A stretch of DNA of 64,000 nucleotides, taken from Octopus sinensis. Its lineage: Eukaryota. Below the pieces are notes generated by a model. The model saw only the letters and a list, made by a program, of their open reading frames with translations, searched no databases and had not been told where the DNA came from. This document shows, one piece after another, positions 26,567 through 39,143 of the stretch. The DNA lies in the NCBI RefSeq assembly GCF_006345805.1, contig NC_042997.1, positions 120,218,001 to 120,282,000 of the forward strand. The letters run 5' to 3'. Numbering within the stretch: the first letter of the stretch is position 1; every line of letters starts with the position of its first letter. The translations under genes and the position numbers were made by a program.

Positions 26567-27015
26567 AGGCGGGGAGCTGGCAAAGAAACCGAGCTAGCAA
26601 AGGCGGCGAGCTGGCAGAATCGTTTGCACGCCGAGCGCAATGCTTAGCGTATTTCGTCTGCCGTTACGTTCTGAGTTCAAATTCCACCGACGTCGACTTT
26701 GCCTTACATCTTTTCGGGGTCGATAAATTAAGTATCATTTACGCACTGCGGTCGATGTAATCGACTTAATCCGGTTGTCTGTCCTTGTTTGTCCCCTCTA
26801 TGTTTAGCCCCTTGTGGGTAATAAAGAAATAGGTATTTCCTCTGCCGCTACGTTCTGAGTTCAAATTTCGCCGAGGTCGACTTTGCCTTTCATCCTTTCG
26901 GGGTCGATTAAATAAGTGCATGTTACCCACTTGGGTCGAGTAATCGACTCAATCACTTTCTCTGTCCTTGTGTGTACCCTCTATGTTTAGCCCCTTGTGG
27001 GCAATAAAGAAATAA
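26567..27015 (+). mobile_element. SINE family B with duplicated head start and duplicated body
   Basis: GGCG.GGAGCTGGCA occurs twice at the 5' end. The ACGTTCTGAGTTCAAATT..GTCGAT..TTAGCCCCTTGTGGG.AATAAAGAAATA unit also occurs twice. Confidence 0.92.
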
Positions 27016-27546
27016 ATATATACATATTTATGTAAGCATATAAGTTAATAAGAAAATTTACATATCTGTAGGTATATAAATATATTTTCTACTCCTGCTA
27101 CTAAATGTCGTTTGCATGTATACAAGTGCTACTTTACATGTGCTCGCTTCTAAAAATTAACACTGCCTTAAACTGTAAATTAAGACAGATGTCGAATATA
27201 GTTGCAGCTATAATAGTTGGATTTGCGTTGATGGTGAGAAAAATTAGAGGAGACATGTGAAAAGCTGTATTGATTTTATGACAGTTTTCCTATATGCAAT
27301 CGGAGCATCGAAAATTCCATAGCTGTAGGTTATTTGATAACATCATTTTCAAGAATAAAATCCAATTGACAATGTGACCTTTTCATGTTTACGAAGATAG
27401 TGATAACGTATTAAAAAATTACGTACAACCTCACGTGACGTTCATTGCACATCTCCGTATCTTCATATAAGTATATATATATATTCGTTAGTTACTGCAC
27501 GCATTTTTTTCTCTCCTTCTTTCTGTGTTTTTTTTCTCTCTGTGTA

Positions 27547-27584
27547 TCTTTCTGTTGAAGAGCGTAGGCTCGAAACGTTAAAGA
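27547..27584 (+). ncRNA. Variant minimal hammerhead motif (CUGUUGA core) inside a short PLE-like repeat (about 27485-27682)
   Basis: TCTTT-CTGTTGA-A-GAG-CGTAGG-CTC-GAAAC-GTT-AAAGA: perfect stem I (TCTTT/AAAGA), stem II (GAG/CTC), palindromic ACGT stem III, and A6>U. Confidence 0.65.
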
Positions 27585-27681
27585 CTTGTTTTATTTATAT
27601 TTCCTGAGCGCCATACTAATACAATTGTTTGTTTGTTTTCCACCTGCCTTCGTCTTTTGTCTATTTTCATAAAGCTTCCCG

Positions 27682-27741
<60 letters not shown>

Positions 27742-28254
27742 GGTATATATATATATATGTGTGTTCTTCCTCTCTTTCTTGAATACAAAATGTGCACCAG
27801 ATCACACGCACACAAACAATAACATATACGGAAATATATGTATATATATATATATATATATCAACCCCACGTGCACTCCTTGTGTTATATTGAGTCTCTT
27901 ATCGCTGATAACTACATCAATTGAGCGAAATATGTCTGTGTATTGCTCTGATATGTGTGCAGATGTGTGATGTGACTATGTGTGAGAGTGTGCGCTAGTA
28001 TATATGTCTTTTCAATCACTCTATATTTACAATCACATCTACTTTACATGTAAATGATTGGTAGTGACTTCGAAGTTTTACGCCTTTTTTTTTGTTTTCT
28101 TTACATTTTGTTGGTTTTCGTTTGGGGGTTAGTGCATAGATGTTGCAATATAGACGTTTGATTATGTAGTTTTATGGTGTTAAAAATTCTTTCAATGTTG
28201 TCTGTTAAGCGGTGCAGAAGCATTTGTGGGAAGAAAGAAATAGAACAATTATTG

Positions 28255-28387
28255 AGAAAGAAAGAGAGAAAGAAAGAAAGAAGAAGAAGAAGAAGAAGAA
28301 GAAGAGAAGAAGAAGAAGAAGAAGAAGAAGAAGAAGAAGAAGAAGAAGAAGAAGAAGAAGAAGAAGAAGAAGAAGAAGAAGAAGAAA
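28255..28387. repeat. (GAAA)n-(GAA)n polypurine tract
   Basis: More than 30 GAA units; source of the poly-E/K/R/S ORFs. Confidence 0.95.
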
Positions 28388-28686
28388 GCGACATATGGAA
28401 TATCAGCCTTGCACCACTTGTGATACGATTTGTTGTATAGTGGTTGCTAACATTCGATTTATTTTGTTTACAATTGTTATATGAAATTACGGAGATTGTG
28501 ATTAGTTTCATATCACTGTTTATTATGCAATCACACATAGAAATCCTGAATCATGGAGTTTAAATTGTACACAGGAGAAATCAAATACCTCTTACATATG
28601 ATTTTTAGTATTAAAAGTTTGTGCGTCAAACGAATTTCTTAAATTTAGGTGTTGTTTTGAAATACTTCATGCTTATGTATGTTATA

Positions 28687-29248
28687 TTGGTTGTCCGGAA
28701 AGTTCGTGCCGATTTATAGTAGCTTACTATTCGACTCATTTTAGAACATGGTTGAGTCCATAAAATGGGATTTGTCTACACCGCCATTTAAAGCACAGTT
28801 TAAGCTATCTTTTCGTGGAAGAAGGTTTATATTCCTATAATCTGTGTTAATTCTGTAACCCTTTAAAATGGAAGATAAGAAAGTTCATTTTCGACACTTG
28901 ATGTTTGGGAACCAAAGAAAAATTGCTGCAGCTCGGATGGGATGTGTTACCCCCCTCCATATTCCCCAGATGTTGCTCCTTCGAATTTCTACTTATTCAG
29001 GTCTTTGCAGAATAGTCTTAATGGTGAAAATTTCAATTCCTTGGATGACGTAAAAAGATACCTTGATGTATTCTTTGCTATGAAACCACCTCAATTTTGG
29101 GAAGAGGGCATTTTTAAGTTAAAGGAAGGATGGAGACGCATTGTTCAACAAAATGGTTCATATTTGGTTGATTAATAATGTAATGGCAAGTATTTATTGA
29201 CCATATTCTTTCCCCTAAAAATCGGCATGAACTTTCCGAACAACCCAA
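28687..29248 (+). mobile_element. Internally deleted mariner element (about 560 bp) with TIRs and TA TSD
   Basis: TA|TTGGTTGTCCGGAAAGTTCGTGCCGATTT ... AAATCGGCATGAACTTTCCGAACAACCCAA|TA. The N-terminus MEDKKVHFRHLM (28868) is joined to the C-terminus PPYSPDVAPSNFYLFRSLQNSL..WRRIVQQNGSYLVD* (29175). Confidence 0.95.
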
Positions 29249-30515
29249 TAGTTTGCAGGCGAATTTGTACATACATGTTGTGTATAACTACAAACTGGAT
29301 ATTTATACATGCAAGGTATTAAACATATATCTATAGACACACTATATGCGCACATACACATGTACACATGCATGCCCGCATGTATATCTACACAAACACG
29401 CACTCAGACATAATGAATATTTTCTAATTAAATCGAAACGTGTTCACGTGTTCAGAGTTGTCACTCTATTTCCATACACCACTGTTTCTATTCCATCTAT
29501 TTTTGATTAATTCAAAGCCTCGGTTTGTCTTATCTCTCTTTCTTGTCCAGGAATAATAATTAGTCTTAATATTCCACCCAACTCCCTTACTCGAATCTAA
29601 GCTTTATGTATAAATATATTTTGCTTCACTGCAACTAATAAAGTGGCACCTAATTTTCTACTTCTAATAATTTAGTTCTCAGAAGATAATTACGTTATCT
29701 TGTCTGATTAATGGAAAATGGAAGCGTTCTATTTATCTTCTGAAATCAATGTCATTTCATGTTATTTTCTCTCCTGTTTTGCCTCAGGTTAAACTTGACC
29801 AAATGCGTTCCTTATATGACCAACTCGACTTCACTATGATTTTGCACTATATATCTCCCTTCTATCTTTTAAGACGTTTAGGTATCATTTGAGGTCACAT
29901 TTGCTTACCATTTCTAGGAGTTTAAGCTAAACATTAGCGACTCTGTGTGATAAATTTAGTGAAATTCAATTACGGTTTGTGTACTACTTGCTAACGACTT
30001 ATTACTTTATCAGAAACTAATATAATTAACAAACGTTTATGAATAGTTAAGTGGTAAAGATTTTGTTGAGTTTCATCTCATTTGAAGAAAGATATTTAAT
30101 TACTATTTCTGTCTTGCTCCAGCTTAAAAGAGATAAATAATCCTATAAATTCATTTCATCCTGTATATCTATTCCACATGCGTTTTTTTCTTCTTGGTCA
30201 TGGAAGAGATTCTTATGAGACGTATAGGATTGACTGTTATACTCTTAGGGAGGTAACCCATCCGATACAGAAAATCTTGCATCACAGAGAATATTTTACT
30301 AAAAGAACCGTAGAGCCATGTTGGAATGTTAAACCTGGCGATGAATTAAGTTTCCCAGCCTATAAACCGATTTGTTCTACGAAGTCATGGCACAAGACAC
30401 ATATCTTTTAAGGAACACAGTGGGTTCGATGTCGGAATCATGCAGATCCAAAGCGAAACTGTTTAACCACACTGACATGTCTGCGATCACTAAGAAATTT
30501 TATAGATAATCAATA

Positions 30516-30974
30516 TCTATAAAGCTGAAATGCGAAAAAGTTGTTTGATTTCTTGGTTATTTGTCTCAGTTTGGGATGGGAACGATTTAAGGGGCGGTAG
30601 ATGGGGTCGGATTGGCGCGAAAATTTAAACTGGGCGGTAAAATGGGGTGGACAATTGTGTGAGGATGGTTGCAAATCGCTCGAGGCTACCGTTTGGTTGC
30701 CATGGTGTAGAATATGGGAAAACTTGCGTTTTATGGTGCAGACAGGTTGCGTTGTTTGAATAATGGTGGCTTTTCGTGTTACTGCAGGGACTAGAGGCGG
30801 TTATCTTTAATTGTAGGTATAAAAATTTGGGGGATTTTGGAGAGGGGGGGTAAAGAAGAGGGCAATAAAATGAACCAGGCAAAGATTTCGAACAAAAGAA
30901 GAAAGGAAAGAAGACAACACACACAAAACAACACCACCACCACCAAAACCCGAGCGAAGCACGGGTCAAACTAG
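30516..30974 (+). mobile_element. Non-autonomous Helitron
   Basis: 5' A|TCTATAAAGCTG, subterminal hairpin ACCCG-AGCGAAGCA-CGGGT (30948-30966) and 3' CTAG. The next base is C rather than the canonical T. Confidence 0.7.
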
Positions 30975-33787
30975 CTAACATTTGATAATTACACAAAAGC
31001 AAGATATAGGCTGCACTTTTCAACATAATGACTCATTTATTTTGCCTTTGCCTTTAAAACACATTTACATGAAGTTATTCTTTTGATAAGTTATGATTAA
31101 TTAATTCTTTCAAAGATCTTAAGAGCATCGGTAATTAAATATTTTCCTATTCTTTTCTGCGTGGAAATATGCTTAGTACCTAATTATATCAGATGAGTGC
31201 AAGTAGATTATTTCTTAACCATAAATATCTGTGTCAGAAAATATTTTCTCAACGAATGCCAGCATTTTTTCCTTCAGCTTCAGACCAGCACAACACAGAC
31301 ATTCCTATAATAAAAACAGTACATTGTCCAAACAAGACAGCCACATAATTCATTCATTGTTTCTAGCACTATGTTTACTTGCATTTTGTTTTAATTTAGG
31401 ATTGTTAGGATATAAATCTACCATCTAGCGGCTACTTATTTTAGCCATTTGTTGGCATGGTCTATGCTCTTTTGTCCGGAGAAAAACATAAATTCATTAA
31501 TTTCATAGTCGGCGTTGTCGGATATAAAAACTAATCAAAAACATTGTACAACGAGATATATTGCGTCGTTCATTTACAGGTTTTATTACAGTATTAAGAA
31601 CCATATTGAGAAAAGAAGGATTTGTTCCATAAAACAGTGTTATATTTCAGCTAAATGTCTTATACTAGCAATAAGAATATTCTGTAAAACATGTTTATTG
31701 TAAATAGAAGTATGTTAAAGGTTTGAAAAGAAAGAAAATTCGTATGTTATTGGAATGTGGTAGAGGACTTTTATGTATTCAAACAATTACTCTTATACTT
31801 GTTGATATTGTAGCAGTTCATCGGACGTCGACTAAGTCTGAGCGCCCCAGCCATCGGCATCCTGAATTTTTATAGGCATAGTGTACCAATGACTACAAGA
31901 TGCAATGTGTTTGCCTCGTTTTAAGAGAGTAAACTGTGATTTGCGACGAGATTCGTCTGCTATTTCTCAAGATTCGATTGAGTAGCTTGGCTGTATACTA
32001 AAACGCTATATATATTTGCCCATATTATTCACGTAGAGTCCTGGATTACAACTCCTGTGAAAGGTCAAAGCAGAGTCCACTCAGTGTGAAATTATCATAT
32101 TTCTTATTGTCATAACAGCATTTAATAAAATAAAATAGGCCACAAACTCATCCTGCCAAACTAGTTTCCATATAATTAACATGTGATGCTGCTAACGTAC
32201 AGAGACGTTACATATAGGAAGCAAACTTCATTATTTCCTGAAGCCAACCCCAGCATTATTGCGTTGATGACTTTGATACTTCCTTCCAAATATTCGATGC
32301 CAGATACATTGTCTTAAAATTTGCATTAATACAGGAAAATTACTGCCATGCTACACACTATGTAACCAACTTGAAATAACACAAAAGTTGTTTAGAGATA
32401 ATGAACAACACGTTTGTTATTATACAATTATCAAATCATCGGAAATTGGAAATAGGCAACATATCTTACAGTATGTGATAGTTATGCAAATGTGCATGCT
32501 AATATAATCCTCACTTAATATACGCAGGATGAAACAAAATGACTAAGAGAGATATAATTTTTTTTTGAATCGATACTGAAATCAAAAATTAGGTGATCTT
32601 TAACTAGATTTGAACACAAGAACACATGGGTAAAAAAGAATGTAAGTTCACTACAGGCAGTAGCATTTTACATCCTTTACTCCAATTATTTTGTGAATCG
32701 TTACATACTTAAGAGTTTAGATTGAAATCCTCTATGTTTCGAGTCCACGTGCCCGTTTATCATTTACTCTTTCCGCACTGTTATTAGAAAATATACACGT
32801 ATGCTATATATTTATTTCTAAACAAATCTGTGTTTACAAGTTGATTGTTGGTATATTTCATTTTCAAGAATTTAATATTTTTGTTCAGTTTATGTATTTA
32901 TTTTATTTTGTGCACTAGCGAGAGATGATTTTATTATAAAAAGATTCGTGTACTAACTCATCAGCATTTTGTACTAACTCATCATTCCACATGGTTACGT
33001 TACTTCAGTAAACACTTATTTTAAAAAGACGTGTTGCTTAATTATCCAATTGAGCCAAATTTCTAAGTGGTAAGTTTGCTGCTCTTTGTTTCCCCCACTC
33101 TAGTTTTACCTTTATCCCATTTGTACCTTTATCATTGCCTATAATTTGAGTGAACAGGTTAACTTTGTATAACTGGAAATTTTTGTTGTTTCTGTTTCTT
33201 TCTCAGCCACAACGTTAATGTTTATTGATATTACACTGTGTGTGTAAGTTTAAAATATGCTTCTGCTAAAAGAAGCATCTTATCTGACGTATCAGAAGCG
33301 AAACAATTGATTTAAGCATTCTTTTCTTTCTAGCATCTCGTTTTTCTTTTACTTTCTTTCTTTTTTGTATCTGTTTCAGACTTTCCTTGAAATTCCTCAT
33401 TTTCATATCGGAACAGTTCGTTTTTATTTTCTGACTCAGAAAGGATAGGCCTTTTCTCGTTTTTGATCTTCAGTTGTTACATTCATTTCACTGCTTTTAA
33501 CCTTCGGTAAGGAGGAAATTACATTGTTCACTATAATGATACTCAACTTTCTTTTTTTTCGTGGAAGGTATGCTAGGTGTGGCTGAAATGTTATTATTTC
33601 CTGGGATCGTATTTTAATACTCACCTTCGTAATATTTTTGGAGCGATAAATTATTAGAGCATTTTTGTTTGTTATTGTCGGTTCCATTTTCTAATTTATT
33701 TCATGTGTTAGTTTTTCTTCATATCTGCCAGCCATTATTGTTTTAAGATATCTTGTATTATTCTCTTTGTTATTATTTATAGAAGTC

Positions 33788-34173
33788 AGGGCGGCGAGCT
33801 GGCAGAAACGTTAGCACGCCGGGCGAAATGATTAGCAGTATTTCGTCTGCCGCTACTTTCTGAGTCCAAATTTCGCCGAGGTCGACTTTGCCTTTCATCC
33901 TTTCGGGGTCGATAAATTAAGTATCAGTTACGCACTGGGGTCGATGTAATCGAGTTAATCCGTTTGTCTGTCCTTGTTTGACCTCTCTGTATTTAGCGCC
34001 TTGTATTTACGTCTGTATTTACGTTCTGAGTACAAATTCCGCCGAGGTCGACTTTGCTTTTCATCCTTTCGGGATCGATAAATTAAGTATCAGTTCCGTA
34101 TTGAGGACGATCTAATTGACTGGTCCTCTCGCTCAAAATTTCAGGCCTTGTGCCGAGAGTAGAAAAAGTTATT
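33788..34173 (+). mobile_element. SINE family B, two body units with different 3' tails
   Basis: Head GGGCGGCGAGCTGGCAGAAACG, and the core GTCGACTTTGC.TTTCATCCTTTCGGG.TCGATAAATTAAGT occurs twice. The first core is followed by TTAATCCGTTTGTCTGTCC, the second by CTAATTGACTGGTCCTCTCG..CCTTGTGCCGAGAGTAGAAA. Confidence 0.9.
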
Positions 34174-34895
34174 TATAGAAGTCAAATACTTTTGGTGTGT
34201 TGGGATATTCGACATTTTCTTCAAGTCCCATTCCTTCTAATTGAGTACGTCTGTTCATACAGGTCTTCCAATCATGATCATACGGCAATTATAGGCCTTC
34301 TACAATATTATGTTTATCCTAACATTCCCCTTCTATCATTTATAGCTAATGTTTGATATTTTTTTCTGAGAAGCACAAGCAGATTGTTTGACGATGAACA
34401 GACTCCTCAAGTAGGTCCGTATTAATTTATTCTTTCTGTGATTAATCATGTGATTACCACATAAATTTTATTCTTTTATCTTATATTTCCCTTCTTTCTT
34501 TGCTTTGTATATATGTATCATTTGCGTAAAGTATTATGGATATCTTAATTTCCTGATATAATATTAAGAAATTCGAAGTTGTTATGTATGTTATATGTGT
34601 TGTATGTTTTGTTACTGTCTGGCAGTCTTTTTGTTGTTCGTGTTTTTAATAAGACGGACAAGTTGCATAAATGGTTAGGGATTTGGATACACATTTTATA
34701 TGGTCATTTTCATAGGAAACATTGAAATTTAGGAAAGCATCTATGATCACTGATATATTAATATGCATTAAAGAAATTTTTTATGTATTTTAGTTAGGGA
34801 AATTATGGAAAGCCTATAGTGAAATGAATTTAAAATCTTCCCGACATTGAATTGTCAGAGAAATTGATAGAAGTATGCTGCTAATTATTAGATAC

Positions 34896-35047
34896 GTTAT
34901 TTACAATTGACGGATATTTATCCTCATCTTGTTTGTTGTTAACACAACGTTTTGGCTGATATAACTTCCAGCCTTTATCAGGTGTCTTGGGGAAATTTCG
35001 AACCTGGGTTTTCATTCCTAAGGTATTTTTCGATGTTGTTGATGTTC

Positions 35048-35125
<78 letters not shown>

Positions 35126-35214
35126 TTCAGGTCACTGCCTGGAATTGAACTCGGAATCTTGGGGTTAGTAGCCCGCTCTCTTAACCACTACGCCAACCAC
35201 TACGCCATATGCCC
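34896..35214 (-). mobile_element. tRNA-derived SINE family F, second copy with hammerhead motif
   Basis: Minus strand GGGCATATGGCGTAGTGG (AACCACTACGCC duplicated), GAGTTCAATTCC, an (ACT)n(AAT)n linker, and GACAC-CTGATAA-A-GGCTG..CAGCC-AAAAC-GTT-GTGTT at 34941-34986. Confidence 0.9.
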
Positions 35215-35893
35215 TGTGGCATATATGGAAATGTAATTATTAAATGTTGACAAAACCATGGATGAATATGCTACTTTATGCCATTCAACAATTTACTCAT
35301 TATATTGTTCAATATAAAGACAGAATTATGAATTCAGGTTTTCAATAAATTTAGGTGTTATATTCACCAAAATCCCTATGGATGTGGAACCATTCAAAGA
35401 AATTAAGAGAAACTAGAATTAAGCGTTTAATAGTTAATCGAAACTTTCGTTGAATGTCATATCTAGAGAAAAGCATTCATCAGTAAATAGCTCTTCTCTA
35501 TCGGGAACTGATTGGAATATTTATCAGTAAAATATAGGAAGAGCAATTAGATATACAAGATTGTAGTAGAAGTAATGAATCAATTTAAACAAATAATATA
35601 TGATAATAGAACTGATATTAAAAAAAAAAAAACTGTAATATCAAAGGTGGAGATTATTTCTGTAACCGACAGACTAAATGCAGGACAACACATTTTTTTA
35701 ATCATTTATGATCAAACTAGCAAGGAAGTGTATGAGAAAATATGGACAAGCAATGTACTTTGCGATGTGGGATATGAAGTTCTGATGACGACTACTTTAC
35801 TCCGATTATTGAGTCTTCCTCAAGAATCATATCTATCAATCTATCTCTCTATGTATGTATCTATCTATCTATATCTATATATATATGTATGTA

Positions 35894-35969
<76 letters not shown>

Positions 35970-37066
35970 CATATACATGAAACCTGGAAGAAAAAAATTA
36001 AATAAGTGCTGACATCTAACTTTAGGCATACAGGAATAAATCTATAGGTACACAAGAAGTATTTGTACATGCACGTGTGTGTGTGTGTGTGTGTGCGTGT
36101 GAACTGTTTCCTCACTGCTTGTGTCTAGCAACTTTCAGCTGAACACTATGGTTATTCTCAACTTCTCAAGTTATGAAAGAAGTTACTCGAACAATGTGCC
36201 ACAACCTGACATTGATTCCGGACTTATGCTCCTGCTGTGAGTTTTAAAATCACAGTGCCATCCTTTTTGACTTTACTTGAACCGATCTTGGATAATTTCT
36301 CAAAGGTATGAGAACATTCTAAACGAATAATGCTCCATAAATATAGTATTGTCGTTCATGATTTGTTTGAGGAATTTCTTTAACAAAATGTCCGTTATAC
36401 ACAATAACCTACTACCATCTGTCGTCTAAAATATAACGTCAAAAATTATATACGCATTGCATGATACACAAAATTCTCTGTGATGTTTATGGCTGATAAA
36501 AGCTTGAAAATCAATAGCACTCTCTTGCTTTCAGAAGCGAGTCTGAACGGCATTGAAAACAAACATTTCATAAATATGAAACGAAAATGTATTTGTTGTA
36601 AAGTATCTTAGGATAGAGCTCAATAAAATGCACTGGGTAGGGCATTTTAGAATATCAATGTAATATAATGAAACGTGATGCTTAAAAGGAAAAGGAACTA
36701 TAAACAAACAAAATATATTTGTTATGGTAAATATATACATGTATCAATATACCTGCTAAAGCTGCCAGTTTAGTATTTTACAACTCACAACAACCAATAT
36801 AATGTTCGGAATCCTTAATCAGTGAAAAGGCAAGTGTATAATTTAGGAAAACACAATTATACGTGAATCTACGTGTGTTTGTATGTATGTCATTATTCAG
36901 TTTTATATCAGGATTTCTTGCCAATAGAGAAAAAGCCTGTTTTTAATGTAGATCCAAGTTCATTTGAATTTCAACAACGTCAATAGGGTATTTTTGTATA
37001 TATGTGTATGTGCAGATATGTACGGTTTGTCTTATGTATGTATTCTCATGCATATGCATGTATCTG

Positions 37067-37098
<32 letters not shown>

Positions 37099-37592
37099 TG
37101 TATGTATGTATGTATGTATGTATGTATGTATGTATGTATGTGTGTCTGCCTCTATGTATGTGTATATATGAACGTATGTAGGTAGGCAGGCAGGCTGGCA
37201 GGTAGGTAGGTCGGAAGGTAGGTAGGTCGGAAGGTAGGTAGGGACGTACGTACGTATGCACGTAGGTCTGAATTTATGTATATTTGTATGTTTGCGTGTA
37301 TGTATGTAACTAGATATTATAGTTGTACATATACATATGTGTTTTGTGTGCATGTATGTGTGCTGACGTGTACGTATTTCAGTATACAGAAAGGATATTT
37401 ACGTGCTTCTGTGGAAAAATACATATACACGTGCGTGTGTAAATGTGGCTTTACAAGCAGATTGCTTGTATTCGACGATTTATCACAAAATTTTTGAAGA
37501 GAAACAAATACTAATGTCATTTATTCATGTATATTTTGCGTGATTGAAAGTCATATTAAAACTTGATACGTTCGTTAAAATATTATTAACCC

Positions 37593-37636
<44 letters not shown>

Positions 37637-38302
37637 TATATATATAATATATATATATATACGTGTGTGTGTGTGTGTATCTTTATATATATATATATAT
37701 ATATATATAACTTACTTGGAAGGGGATGCTTGGTGTTCATCCTGTTCCAAGTAACTTTTATCTTAATTTTGATGCGCACTCTATAAGATCTTTTTACTCA
37801 TTCGATTTTCTTTCTTTTCTCTCTTTTATTATTTTACATCTTCTTCTCCCACTATTCTATCCTACTAATCTGTCACTCTCTCTCTCCCTCACTCCTCCTC
37901 TCTTGCTCACCTGGCTCCCACGCGGCCATCGGCCATCTTTCTTCCCTTCTCTCCGTTCTAGCTGGAACAAGGAAGACGCGTTCTTTTTTGTCTCCTGTAC
38001 TAGCTTGATTTACGCGTTCGCCACCACAACATCTTTTAATGCTTAGCAGCCATTGCTGTTTGTTTGATTTCCTTTGCGGGAGCAACTGTTTTATGGAAAG
38101 CGTATATTGTTGTTTAATGCTCAAAATACGAGACTAGAAAAACAGCCAACAAATGATGAAGGGTCGTTCTTTATGTTGTTTGTTTTGTTTTATATTTGTG
38201 TCTTTCGTTGTTCTAAAGAAAAGTTCATGTTAATGTACTCGTGCTTCATACATTTTTGTTGTACACGTTTCATGAAGTCCTGTGCCCATATATGCATATA
38301 CG

Positions 38303-38334
<32 letters not shown>

Positions 38335-38487
38335 TATATATATATATAATATATATATTATACGTATAGATGTAAGTATATATATATAATATATATATAT
38401 ATATATACATGGACAGGTGGGGAAAATATATACTTAGGCCATTAAAATCAAGCTAATATTTTATTTTCGGTTAAAGAAATATTGTTA

Positions 38488-38993
38488 TCTATATATATAA
38501 AACTCTAGTTGTGTGAGTGTCTGTCCCCTTCGATTTACATTCCTAACTCCTCCCACATTTTGCGGTGCAGTTTAACCAAATTCGGGTATCTTATAGTCGT
38601 GATTCATATCGAGCCCGTCTGACTATTAGCGCGCGTCAACGATGAGTCTACGATTTTAAAAATAATTTAACATCATTTTTTATTCCATTTTAATGCATAA
38701 AATGCATCGTATGTCGATGGCGGCGGAGTTGGCGTCCACGCTCACAGCTGCACCTATTTGCTTCTCCCCCTTCCCTCCCTCGTGAAGCTTTGGGGAAGGG
38801 AGTGTAAAGAAATCAACGTCGTAATGCGTTGTGAAGGAAAGCAGCGTTCTTTTAGAACAACGACTTCATGGCTTGAAGACACCAAGACAAAAATGGCTAA
38901 GAAAGCCCGAATTTATAAGGGAAGTAACTCTCTAAAAATGCTTATATAGTTATTTCCCTTACAAACCCGAGCAACGCCGGGCGATACTGCTAG
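38488..38993 (+). mobile_element. Non-autonomous Helitron with all canonical termini
   Basis: A|TC 5' end (ATCTATATATATAAAAC), hairpin CCCG-AGCAACGC-CGGG (38966-38981) and CTAG|T 3' end; no TSD. Confidence 0.88.
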
Positions 38994-39060
38994 TTATATA
39001 TAATTATGAAGTTTGTCAGCACACACCACATAAATTATGAGATATACATATTGACACATG

Positions 39061-39143
<83 letters not shown>

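Noticed and set aside
28101-28538. Poly-Ser/Glu/Arg/Lys ORFs that look like acidic or RS domains
   Set aside because: All three frames are open only because of the (GAA)n tract; there is no domain or splice structure.
33285-33320. CTGACG..GCGAAACAATTG hammerhead-like string (similar weak strings near 50176 and 53238)
   Set aside because: The core and stems are too degraded to distinguish from chance.
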